From Candidatus Woesearchaeota archaeon (GTDB lineage: Archaea > Nanobdellota > Nanobdellia > Pacearchaeales > GW2011-AR1): DNA of 43,482 nt. A program made the position numbers and the translations under genes. Shown here one piece after another: positions 1-7,447 of the stretch; within the stretch, counting starts at the first letter, position 1, and each line of letters begins with the position of its first letter. The stretch spans positions 1-43,482 of the forward strand of contig CAYXZJ010000003.1 in the NCBI GenBank assembly GCA_964470085.1. Reading direction: 5' to 3'. The notes below the pieces were generated by a model. That model saw only the letters and a list, made by a program, of their open reading frames with translations, was not told where the DNA came from and ran no database searches.

Positions 1-1273
1 CTGTAAGAGATTTACAGACACCAGCAGCTACCGTAACACCAGCATCTCTGATTGCGAATCTTGCCATATAAGCATTATCCTTAACGGATTCCAAAACAAG
101 GTTTCCAATAGGCTTAACCTTAACAATAGCAACATCCCCATTCTTTAAGAAGTCTGGGTGGTCTTGAGCAACTTGTCCTGTTGCAGGATCCAACTTAGAT
201 ACCAATTCAACGAATTGACATGGTACTTGAGCTGTGTGAACGTGGAATACAGGTGTATAACCCTTTGCAATTACAGTTGGGTGGTTAATTATTGCAACTT
301 GTGCTTCAAACTCTTCTACAATCTTTGCAGGAGCTGCAGCGTCACAAATAACGTCTCCTCTAGCTACATCCTTTTTTCCGACACCTCGTAAGTTTACACC
401 TACGTTATCTCCAGCTTCAGCTTCCTTAAGTTGTTCGTGGTGAGCTTCAATTGATCTAACTTCACCAGATATACCAGTTCCACTTCTACCTGGAAGGATA
501 ATAACCTTTTGTCCAACCTTTATTACTCCAGTTTCAACTTTTCCTACAGGAACAGTTCCAATACCAGTGATTTCATAAACATCCTGGATTGGCATTCTCA
601 TTGGTAAGTTTGTTGGTTTTTCTGGTGCAGGGAACTTATCTATTTGTTCTAAAATAGTTGGTCCTTTGTACCAAGGCATCTTATCGCTTCTCTTAACAAT
701 ATTATCACCCTTAAAGGCTGATGTTGCTAAGAAAACAACTTGATCTGGTTTGTAACCAGCTTGTTTTATGATGTTTGTTACATCTTCCTTAACTTTGTTG
801 AATTTTGCTTCTTCATAATTAACAACATCCATTTTGTTAATAGAAATAGCCAAATTCTTAACACCCATAGTTCTTAACAACCATACGTGTTCCTTAGTTT
901 GAGGTTGAACTCCACCATCAGCAGCTACAACCAAAAAAGCACAATCTGCTTGTGAAGCACCAGTAATCATATTCTTAACGAAATCTTTGTGTCCTGGAGC
1001 ATCTATAACAGTAACCTCAAAGTTTTGAGTTATTAACTTCTTATAAGAAAGATTGATTGTTACTCCTCTCTCTCTTTCTTCCTTAAGGTTATCCATTACA
1101 TAAGCAAATTCGAAACCAATTTTACCGTTTTTTTCTGCTTCCCCTCGAAACTTTTTCATTTCTTGTTCTGAGACTCCGCCACCATCGTAGAACAATCTAC
1201 CAACAGTAGTAGATTTACCATGGTCAACGTGGCCTACAAAAACAACATTCATGATAGGTTTTTCTTTTGCCAT
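1..1273 (-). CDS. tuf: Translation elongation factor EF-1alpha (aEF-1A), 3' end truncated by window edge
   Basis: Reverse-strand translation from ATG (1273..1271) reads MAKEKPIMNVVFVGHVDHGKSTTVGRLFYDGGGVSEQEMKKFRGEAEK. This includes the GHVDHGKST G1 motif. The frame stays open to position 1. It is absent from the ORF track because it is open-ended. Confidence 0.95.
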   Translation of the reverse strand, partial: MAKEKPIMNVVFVGHVDHGKSTTVGRLFYDGGGVSEQEMKKFRGEAEKNGKIGFEFAYVMDNLKEERERGVTINLSYKKLITQNFEVTVIDAPGHKDFVKNMITGASQADCAFLVVAADGGVQPQTKEHVWLLRTMGVKNLAISINKMDVVNYEEAKFNKVKEDVTNIIKQAGYKPDQVVFLATSAFKGDNIVKRSDKMPWYKGPTILEQIDKFPAPEKPTNLPMRMPIQDVYEITGIGTVPVGKVETGVIKVGQKVIILPGRSGTGISGEVRSIEAHHEQLKEAEAGDNVGVNLRGVGKKDVARGDVICDAAAPAKIVEEFEAQVAIINHPTVIAKGYTPVFHVHTAQVPCQFVELVSKLDPATGQVAQDHPDFLKNGDVAIVKVKPIGNLVLESVKDNAYMARFAIRDAGVTVAAGVCKSLT

Positions 1274-1412
1274 ACTTTTTTGTTAAATTTAGTTATTTTG
1301 ATCTAAAAGATCTAACCTACGTGTTAATTTTACTTTAAAAAGTTTATTATAAGGAACAAAAATCGTCCTAAAATTAAAAAAAGTTTATAAAGTAGATAAT
1401 TCTTATATCTTT

Positions 1413-2015
1413 ATGACTAAAGAGGGTGATATCGTTCTATTAAAAGCGAAAGTTGTAAGAGAAAAACCAAAATCTAGTATTAAAAAAAAGGTTACATCAA
1501 AGAAAACGTCCCACAATAAATCTGCAAAAACAATCCATACAAAAACAAATAAAATAATGTATAATGAGAAAATTTTTATTGAAAACTTTGTAAATTTACA
1601 AAAAGCAATGACAAATTTGTCTGTAAAATTTACCGATTTATCTGCAAATATTTCAAAATTACTTAATGTCTTCGAAGAATCCGCAAAACAATTAGCTCAG
1701 AAAGAAAAAGGAACAGAAAATCATTTTGTAGAAAAAATTGATTCTTTATTGGAACAAAATAAAACAATTGCAAAGGGCTTAGTATTAATGGAAGATCAAG
1801 TTAAAAGACAATCAAGATTTCCGAAACCAACAAGTATAGATAATTTACAATCATCTCCTCTTCAATCAAATTCAATTCCACAATCAAGTTCAACTCAAAT
1901 TAAATTCGGAAACCAAATAAACAATAACCAAAACTTAAATCAATCACAAAGCGTTCAACCACAACCAAATTTATCTGAAGATGCAGATAGACCAAAACCT
2001 TTGCCACCATTATAA
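1413..2015 (+). CDS. Hypothetical protein with a basic N-terminus, a predicted helical middle and a Q/N/S-rich C-terminal tail
   Basis: 200-aa ORF. Its stop TAA is followed immediately by the ATG of the next ORF (2016), suggesting an operon. I recognise no family. The tail is low complexity (QSSPLQSNSIPQSSSTQ...NNNQNLNQSQSVQPQPN). Confidence 0.45.
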   Translation: MTKEGDIVLLKAKVVREKPKSSIKKKVTSKKTSHNKSAKTIHTKTNKIMYNEKIFIENFVNLQKAMTNLSVKFTDLSANISKLLNVFEESAKQLAQKEKGTENHFVEKIDSLLEQNKTIAKGLVLMEDQVKRQSRFPKPTSIDNLQSSPLQSNSIPQSSSTQIKFGNQINNNQNLNQSQSVQPQPNLSEDADRPKPLPPL

Positions 2016-2735
2016 ATGGAAAAAGAAGAATATATTAACAAAACTTTTCTTGAAAAATTTACATTGTCTATTTTAACAAATATAAGTAAAACAAAATTTA
2101 ATTTAGATAATCCAGAAACGATAGATTCGGATATAATTGTAAGACTTTCTAACGAATTAATGAAATCAATATCAACAAACGAAGAAACAATAGAAAAACT
2201 ATCGAATTTTAATCAAGATATAGAAGAAAAATATTTCAATTATAACAAAGAATCGAACAATTCGCAACAAATTAATTTGATGCAAAAAACATTTGATTTA
2301 AACTTACAAAAACCACAACAAAACTTTCAACTAAATACATTTTTACAAAAAAATGATATAAACATTCAACCAACAGAAAACATTTTTCAAAAACCACAGA
2401 TTCCCAAAACACAATTTAAACCTCAACAAATAAATAGGCCAACTCAAGTTATGCAAAAATATGGGAAAATACATACCCTAGTATTAGATCCAATGATCTC
2501 TTTAATAAGATGTTTGGGAGCAGATAAACAAATTATAATAATAAAAGGTGGAACTCAACAAATAACAAATATAGTATTAAATAAAGAAGATATAACATAT
2601 ATTATGGAAGCATTCTCATTTGATTCTCATATTCCATTAATCGAAGGTCCATTTAATGCACAGGTAAACAATTTAAATATAACAGGCGTTTGGTCAAATA
2701 TGATAGACTCAAATTTTGTCATAAAGAGAAATTAA
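2016..2735 (+). CDS. Hypothetical protein whose C-terminal ~95 aa resemble the N-domain of FlaI/PilB/GspE-type secretion ATPases; no ATPase domain
   Basis: KYGKIHTLVLDPMISLIRCLGADKQIIIIKGG...EGPFNAQVNNLNITGV...FVIKRN matches, from memory, the YGKI..L..DP.I..I.C.G ... P.vDA.L.dGsR ... F.IRK region just before Walker A in FlaI-like ATPases. The ORF stops exactly where Walker A would start. The N-terminal half is Q/N-rich. Confidence 0.5.
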   Translation: MEKEEYINKTFLEKFTLSILTNISKTKFNLDNPETIDSDIIVRLSNELMKSISTNEETIEKLSNFNQDIEEKYFNYNKESNNSQQINLMQKTFDLNLQKPQQNFQLNTFLQKNDINIQPTENIFQKPQIPKTQFKPQQINRPTQVMQKYGKIHTLVLDPMISLIRCLGADKQIIIIKGGTQQITNIVLNKEDITYIMEAFSFDSHIPLIEGPFNAQVNNLNITGVWSNMIDSNFVIKRN

Positions 2736-2736
2736 G

Positions 2737-3018
2737 ATGGATAATAGAATAACAAAAGAAAAAATAAAGAAATATTTTAATGTCACAGAAACAGCTCTAG
2801 AAACAATAAAGAAAAACATAATTCCAGGACAAGAAATTAATTCAAAAGAAATAATCGATATGGCAACAAATTATATTTCTGATGCTCATCATTTTTTTTC
2901 AAACAATGATTGGGTAAACGCATTCGCAGCACTAAATTATGCTCACGGATGGATAGATTCGGGTGTTAGATTAAAAGTATTTGATGTACACGATGATAAA
3001 TTATTCACGGTTTGTTAA
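2737..3018 (+). CDS. DUF357-like small archaeal protein
   Basis: 93 aa. ...YISDAHHFFSNNDWVNAFAALNYAHGWIDSGVRLKVFDV resembles the DUF357 signature (Y..Da..f...gd...A......Ya.GwlDag.rlg). It starts 2 nt after the previous stop. Confidence 0.55.
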   Translation: MDNRITKEKIKKYFNVTETALETIKKNIIPGQEINSKEIIDMATNYISDAHHFFSNNDWVNAFAALNYAHGWIDSGVRLKVFDVHDDKLFTVC

Positions 3019-3021
3019 TTA

Positions 3022-4155
3022 TTACCAACAAATTGGATTACCCATTATTTCTGAAGTAGGACAAATAGATCTATTAACTTTTGGAGAAACTTGAACAAGT
3101 GTTAATTGATTTAATTTAGAAAAATCAAATCCGAATATTTTACTAGCAGTAGCATCTAGCCCAATAATTTCACTTCCGGTATCTAAATTAATTTTTGATG
3201 AGTGAGTGTATCCATATTTAGTTAAATTTGATACTTCATTTGCATCTAAAGCATAATTAAATATTTTTACTTCATCAATTAAACCATTAAAGTATGTATT
3301 TTGAGTAACCAATTTTCCTGAACCAGGTTCCGCACCAATAAAGAAACTATTTGTAACTGTACTATAATCTATATCTGCATAGACAGAATTTTCTATTTCA
3401 GATTTTTTTATTCCATCTACATATAATCTAGCGTATTTACCATCAAAAGTAGCAACAAAATGATGCCAACCAGAAGATAATGAGGTATAACTAGAACTTG
3501 GAACTAAATAATTACTATTATCTTTTACTTTTATCCAAAAATTAACATTTCCAGTAACTTCATCATTAAAATTTAATGCATATCCACCACCTTCAGTATT
3601 TGATATGATAGTTTCATTTTTATCAAATTTGGACCAATCATTTTTATTCGCCCAAGCGCTGATACTAATTTCTCTCTTTGGTTTAACATTTTCAAAAGAA
3701 ATATAGTCATCTATTCCATCAAATTTTCTAGCACCATTTGTTTTACCTATTTTTTCAAAACTAGAACCGTTAATTGTACCACCAGTTGATTCTCCATCAA
3801 AATCTAGATATAAAATTGGATCTCCATTCGGATTAGATAATTGAAATACGTTTTCCACACCGTATATTCCACTAATAGGATCAGTTTCGTTGTTCATTGT
3901 TATGTTTAGTTCTTCAAAATTAAAACGCCCTTTATTTTCAACCTCTATTGCAATAAATTTAGAACCATAATCACAATTATATTTTCTAATAGAAATCGAT
4001 GTTCCACTTGGACATTCAGGTAAACTATCTTCTTGAGCAAATAGTTTTAAATAATTATACACAACAGCAGACAAGGAAACAGTTAATGTAATTAATAATA
4101 CATATGCTATAATATTACTAATACCACGATTATTTGATTTCTGAATTTTGTTCAT
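3022..4155 (-). CDS. Archaeal type IV pilin-like protein (class III signal peptide) with a LamG/concanavalin-A-like lectin domain
   Basis: The N-terminus KSNNRGISNIIAYVLLITLTVSLSAVVYNY fits the archaeal pilin/flagellin N-terminal motif (RG|vS.viG..LLi.itv). LamG-type blocks follow: LDFDGES..GARKFDGIDDYISF, ISISAWA, WHHFVATFDGKYARLYVDG, FFIGAEPG, YFNGLIDEVKIFNYAL. Confidence 0.75.
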   Translation of the reverse strand: MNKIQKSNNRGISNIIAYVLLITLTVSLSAVVYNYLKLFAQEDSLPECPSGTSISIRKYNCDYGSKFIAIEVENKGRFNFEELNITMNNETDPISGIYGVENVFQLSNPNGDPILYLDFDGESTGGTINGSSFEKIGKTNGARKFDGIDDYISFENVKPKREISISAWANKNDWSKFDKNETIISNTEGGGYALNFNDEVTGNVNFWIKVKDNSNYLVPSSSYTSLSSGWHHFVATFDGKYARLYVDGIKKSEIENSVYADIDYSTVTNSFFIGAEPGSGKLVTQNTYFNGLIDEVKIFNYALDANEVSNLTKYGYTHSSKINLDTGSEIIGLDATASKIFGFDFSKLNQLTLVQVSPKVNRSICPTSEIMGNPICW

Positions 4156-4735
4156 CTCCTTCCACCTTTTCTATTATTACTAATATTGTATCGTCAACTG
4201 GGGCAGCTACAACATATACGTTGTCATCCGTATTTATCTCGATATTATTATTTCCATCAGGATATATATTTGTAAAACCTGGGAGAAACGTTTTAGGATT
4301 AAATGATCCAAAATCAATATTTAACATTCCACTAATAAGTCCACTAACATCTTTTTTAGAACATTTATCTTTATTTAAGTTGTTTTCGCATGTTTTGGCA
4401 GTAATTTTATTAGATCCATAATTTTCTATTGTAAATGTGTTTTCTCCTTCGGTTTCTTCTTCGTTCTCATAAATAATTATAAAATTTAATGAAGGATCCT
4501 GATCTTTTAATGTTACTACAATATCATTTATAGTTTCCCTCAAATCCGTATTTTCACCACCATACGCAATATAATTCTGAACTTGAGATAATTCATTATC
4601 TATCATATCAGAATACTTTTCAGTTTTTGAGAAATCAGCATATGTATTGACTCTATTAAAGGTGGTTCCAATTCCAAATATCAGAACAGAAATTATGACT
4701 GCCGTCAATATAAAAAACTGCCCTCTTTTATCCAT
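4130..4735 (-). CDS. Archaeal pilin-like protein (class III signal peptide)
   Basis: MDKRGQFFILTAVIISVLIFGIGTTF is a KRGQ|hydrophobic class III signal. The track ORF begins 4 codons upstream (4747); the ATG at 4735 is an equally good start. Its 3' end overlaps the start of the LamG pilin gene by 26 nt. Confidence 0.6.
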   Translation of the reverse strand: MDKRGQFFILTAVIISVLIFGIGTTFNRVNTYADFSKTEKYSDMIDNELSQVQNYIAYGGENTDLRETINDIVVTLKDQDPSLNFIIIYENEEETEGENTFTIENYGSNKITAKTCENNLNKDKCSKKDVSGLISGMLNIDFGSFNPKTFLPGFTNIYPDGNNNIEINTDDNVYVVAAPVDDTILVIIEKVEGDEQNSEIK

Positions 4736-4802
4736 ATAGAAAAACAATATTTCATTGTTTATAAAATTATGTTGAAAAAAAAGAAAAAATGAAAAATGTA
4801 TT

Positions 4803-4943
4803 TTAAAGAATAATCTCTATTCCCTTTTCAGATTTACGCCACTGACCTTTGTCATAAATGGATTTCAAAAAATTATCTAATTTTGACGCTTCGCAATTAG
4901 GATCACTGTCAGGATCATAGTATTTTTTTAAGCAAATCTTCAT
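4803..4943 (-). CDS. Small ORF (46 aa) with a near-perfect Shine-Dalgarno
   Basis: Below the track cutoff. The minus strand reads GGAGGTGAAAAATG then MKICLKKYYDPDSDPNCEASKLDNFLKSIYDKGQWRKSEKGIEIIL and TAA. The SD is nearly identical to those of the RuBisCO, OFOR-alpha and DUF333 genes. An AT-rich TATA-like stretch lies upstream. Confidence 0.35.
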   Translation of the reverse strand: MKICLKKYYDPDSDPNCEASKLDNFLKSIYDKGQWRKSEKGIEIIL

Positions 4944-5133
4944 TTTTCACCTCCTAATCATTAAAATATTATTTTCTTTAAATAAAATATTGAGTTTCAA
5001 AATATATTTTTTTTTAGGGTCTTGCTTATATACTGTTTAACTAAAAAATGAGTATTTGTATTGAATAGTTAAACATTTCACTATTGAGTTAAACAAAAAA
5101 CTTAAATAAACTAACAAAATCATTTAAAAAGCA

Positions 5134-5970
5134 TTAATCTTTTGAGAATTTGATTCCATTTGCTTTCTTAATTACACCTTTACGACAATCTTTTATATCT
5201 TCTTTTTTAGCTTTTTTCAAATATTTTTTCACTAGATGTTTTTTGTCTCTTATTTTTAATTCTTTGTTCGTATGAGGTCCGCCAATACATCCTCCTTCAC
5301 AGAATAAACAATCTAGAAATAGAACCTTTTTATTAGGTTTTTCTAGAAATTTAGAAACGTCTTTTATTCCATCAATTACTGTAACTTGATTTGATTTTAA
5401 GATTCCATCAATATGAGCAGTTTTGTATAAGGCTCCACTAAGTGGATATATTTTGGTATAATCATTATAAAATTTATCGAATTGAGCTTCAGCATTACTT
5501 TCTTTTATATTATTTTTCTCAAATAATAATTTTAGTTGTTGATAATCAATAACATAATCGACATATTTTGTTTTTTCTGCCTCGAGTTTTTTCATACTAC
5601 AAGGAGAAATAAAAATTATTTTATAATCAGGAAAATATTTTTTACATATTTTTGCCATTGCAACCATCGGAGAATCAATTGGCATCATATTACCGATAAG
5701 TTCAGGATGATTATTTTCTATATATGAAACAACTCCAGGACAAGTAGACGAAATAAGGATTTTTTTTGTGTTTTTTAATTTCTTATGATAATCACGATTA
5801 ATCATTTTAGCCCCGAAGGTTAACTCGACAACTTTATCGATGCCAAATTGCCTTAATTGCGTAATAATTGAAGGATATTTAAAATCTGTAACAAAACTTG
5901 GAGCCAACATTGCCAAACATTTTTGTTTCGATTTAATAACTTTCTCAATTTTCACTACATTATTTTTCAT
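5134..5970 (-). CDS. Minimal [FeFe]-hydrogenase-like protein (H-cluster domain only, ~278 aa)
   Basis: H-domain motifs are present: LAPSFV..FGAKM; SSTCPGVVSYIENNHPELIGNM (compare TSCCPGW...YPEL); SPCSMKKLE (compare MPCxxKxxE); FLDCLFCEGGCIGGP (compare ExMACxGGCxxGGG). I prefer the ATG at 5970, which has AGGAG 6 nt upstream and an ATGA overlap with the upstream stop. There is no ferredoxin-like F-domain. Confidence 0.8.
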   Translation of the reverse strand: MKNNVVKIEKVIKSKQKCLAMLAPSFVTDFKYPSIITQLRQFGIDKVVELTFGAKMINRDYHKKLKNTKKILISSTCPGVVSYIENNHPELIGNMMPIDSPMVAMAKICKKYFPDYKIIFISPCSMKKLEAEKTKYVDYVIDYQQLKLLFEKNNIKESNAEAQFDKFYNDYTKIYPLSGALYKTAHIDGILKSNQVTVIDGIKDVSKFLEKPNKKVLFLDCLFCEGGCIGGPHTNKELKIRDKKHLVKKYLKKAKKEDIKDCRKGVIKKANGIKFSKD

Positions 5971-6659
5971 AAACATCTCCTAATTGTTGTATATTTTTTT
6001 AAAAAAGTCACTTTATATTTGTACACTTTATCGTATGGAATAAACCATCTTGTAGCCTTAGAAATACTTGCATCTTCAATTATTTTTCTAAATAATCTAA
6101 TAGAATTGCCATGAGCAGAAATAGCAATATCGGTTTTATTCTCTTCCATTATTTCAACAAGAGATTCAATAAATTTTCTTACTCTTTTTTCTACATCTTC
6201 AAAACTTTCTCCTTTCAGTGCTTTATTTTTCCAACCTCTATGAATAGAGTCATATTCTATACGTCCTAAAAATTGAATTATATTATTCTTTTCTTCTCTA
6301 GTAAAATTATTTTTAGGAAATTGTAAATTTAATAATTGTTCTCCTGTCAATTTAATAAAATTATCATGACTTATACCATTAAGTATACCATAACTTCTTT
6401 CTATAATTTCATCGTCAATAATTGTTTTTTTACATTCAGGGTGAAAAACTAGTACCTCATCTAACGTCTGTTTTGAACGATTTAAAGAAGACCTAATCGC
6501 AATTTCGAATTTTTTATTTTTTAATTTATTAGCAACACATTTAGCATCCGAAATTCCACTTTCCGTTAAACTTGGATTCTCCCATCCGGTAAATATTTTA
6601 TCTCGATTGAATGTGGTTTGTCCGTGCCTGAAAATATAGATGTAATAACTTTCTCTCAT
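5967..6659 (-). CDS. Histidine phosphatase superfamily protein (phosphoglycerate mutase-like)
   Basis: IYIFRHGQTTFNRDKIFTGWENPSLTESG carries the RHG catalytic motif, and a later ISAHGNSIR supplies the second His. ATGA overlaps occur at both ends. Confidence 0.8.
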   Translation of the reverse strand: MRESYYIYIFRHGQTTFNRDKIFTGWENPSLTESGISDAKCVANKLKNKKFEIAIRSSLNRSKQTLDEVLVFHPECKKTIIDDEIIERSYGILNGISHDNFIKLTGEQLLNLQFPKNNFTREEKNNIIQFLGRIEYDSIHRGWKNKALKGESFEDVEKRVRKFIESLVEIMEENKTDIAISAHGNSIRLFRKIIEDASISKATRWFIPYDKVYKYKVTFLKKYTTIRRCL

Positions 6660-7447
6660 TTTATTTTTTCCTGAAGAGTTGGTTTTAATGTAGAAAAGAT
6701 TATTCCCAATGGAATTTTTCCTTCTTTTGAATTATAATTAAATTCTTCTGCTATTTTTTTTGCCTTTTCATAATCATAATTGTCTTCTATTTTATACATA
6801 TATTTGTCTTTATTATTTGCATCTAAGTTAAATATTAAACAATCTTGAATGACTTCAACGAACGAAAATCCTTTGTGTTCAATTGCTTTTGTGAAAACTT
6901 CTGTCATATGTGAAATGTCTCGAGCATTTGTTCTAGCGACAAAAGTTGCTCCACATGCAATAGCAATTCTAATTGGATTAAATGGCTCATTTTCCTCACC
7001 TTTAGGTTTTACTTTCGTAATAAATCCTTTTTGTGAAGTTGGTGTAGATTGACCAGTAGTCAAAGAAAAACTTTGATTATCATGTAAAATTAAAGTCATA
7101 TTTGAATTATATCTAAAAGCGTGAATAAAATGTTCCATGCCTTCAGAGTATACCGCTCCATCTCCCGCAAAAGCAACAACCTTAAGTTTAGGATTTGCGA
7201 TACTTATTCCCAAGGCAGTCGGAATTGAACGTCCATGTAAACCATAAATTCCACTCAAATTCAAATAATCAAATATTTTGGCATGACAACCAATATCAGT
7301 TACCATTGCAAAATCACTTTGTTTACATTTTTTTGTATCAATAAATCCAGCAACAGTTTGTTTGAATGCTTCAAGAATCATATAATTAGGACAACCAGGA
7401 CACCAAGTAATTTCTTCTTTTGTTTTTAATTTATCCTTCGTATTCAT
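6656..7447 (-). CDS. 2-oxoacid:ferredoxin oxidoreductase, beta (TPP-binding) subunit
   Basis: WCPGCPNYMIL, DIGCHAK, GLHGRSIPTALGI and AFAGDGAVYSEGMEHFIHAFRYNSNMTLILHDNQSFSLTTGQ (GDG...N TPP motif). Confidence 0.9.
   Translation of the reverse strand: MNTKDKLKTKEEITWCPGCPNYMILEAFKQTVAGFIDTKKCKQSDFAMVTDIGCHAKIFDYLNLSGIYGLHGRSIPTALGISIANPKLKVVAFAGDGAVYSEGMEHFIHAFRYNSNMTLILHDNQSFSLTTGQSTPTSQKGFITKVKPKGEENEPFNPIRIAIACGATFVARTNARDISHMTEVFTKAIEHKGFSFVEVIQDCLIFNLDANNKDKYMYKIEDNYDYEKAKKIAEEFNYNSKEGKIPLGIIFSTLKPTLQEKIK

Noticed and set aside
158-391. 77-aa + strand ORF from the track
   Set aside because: It lies entirely antisense within the EF-1alpha coding region, has a low-complexity Cys/Asn/Leu-rich sequence and no motif. 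It is a shadow ORF.
5035-5095. gtttaact / agttaaac inverted repeat plus a direct repeat of agttaaaca between the hydrogenase-like gene and the 46-aa ORF
   Set aside because: The repeats are short (8-9 bp) and AT-rich, so they are plausibly chance. No supporting structure or conservation can be assessed from this window.
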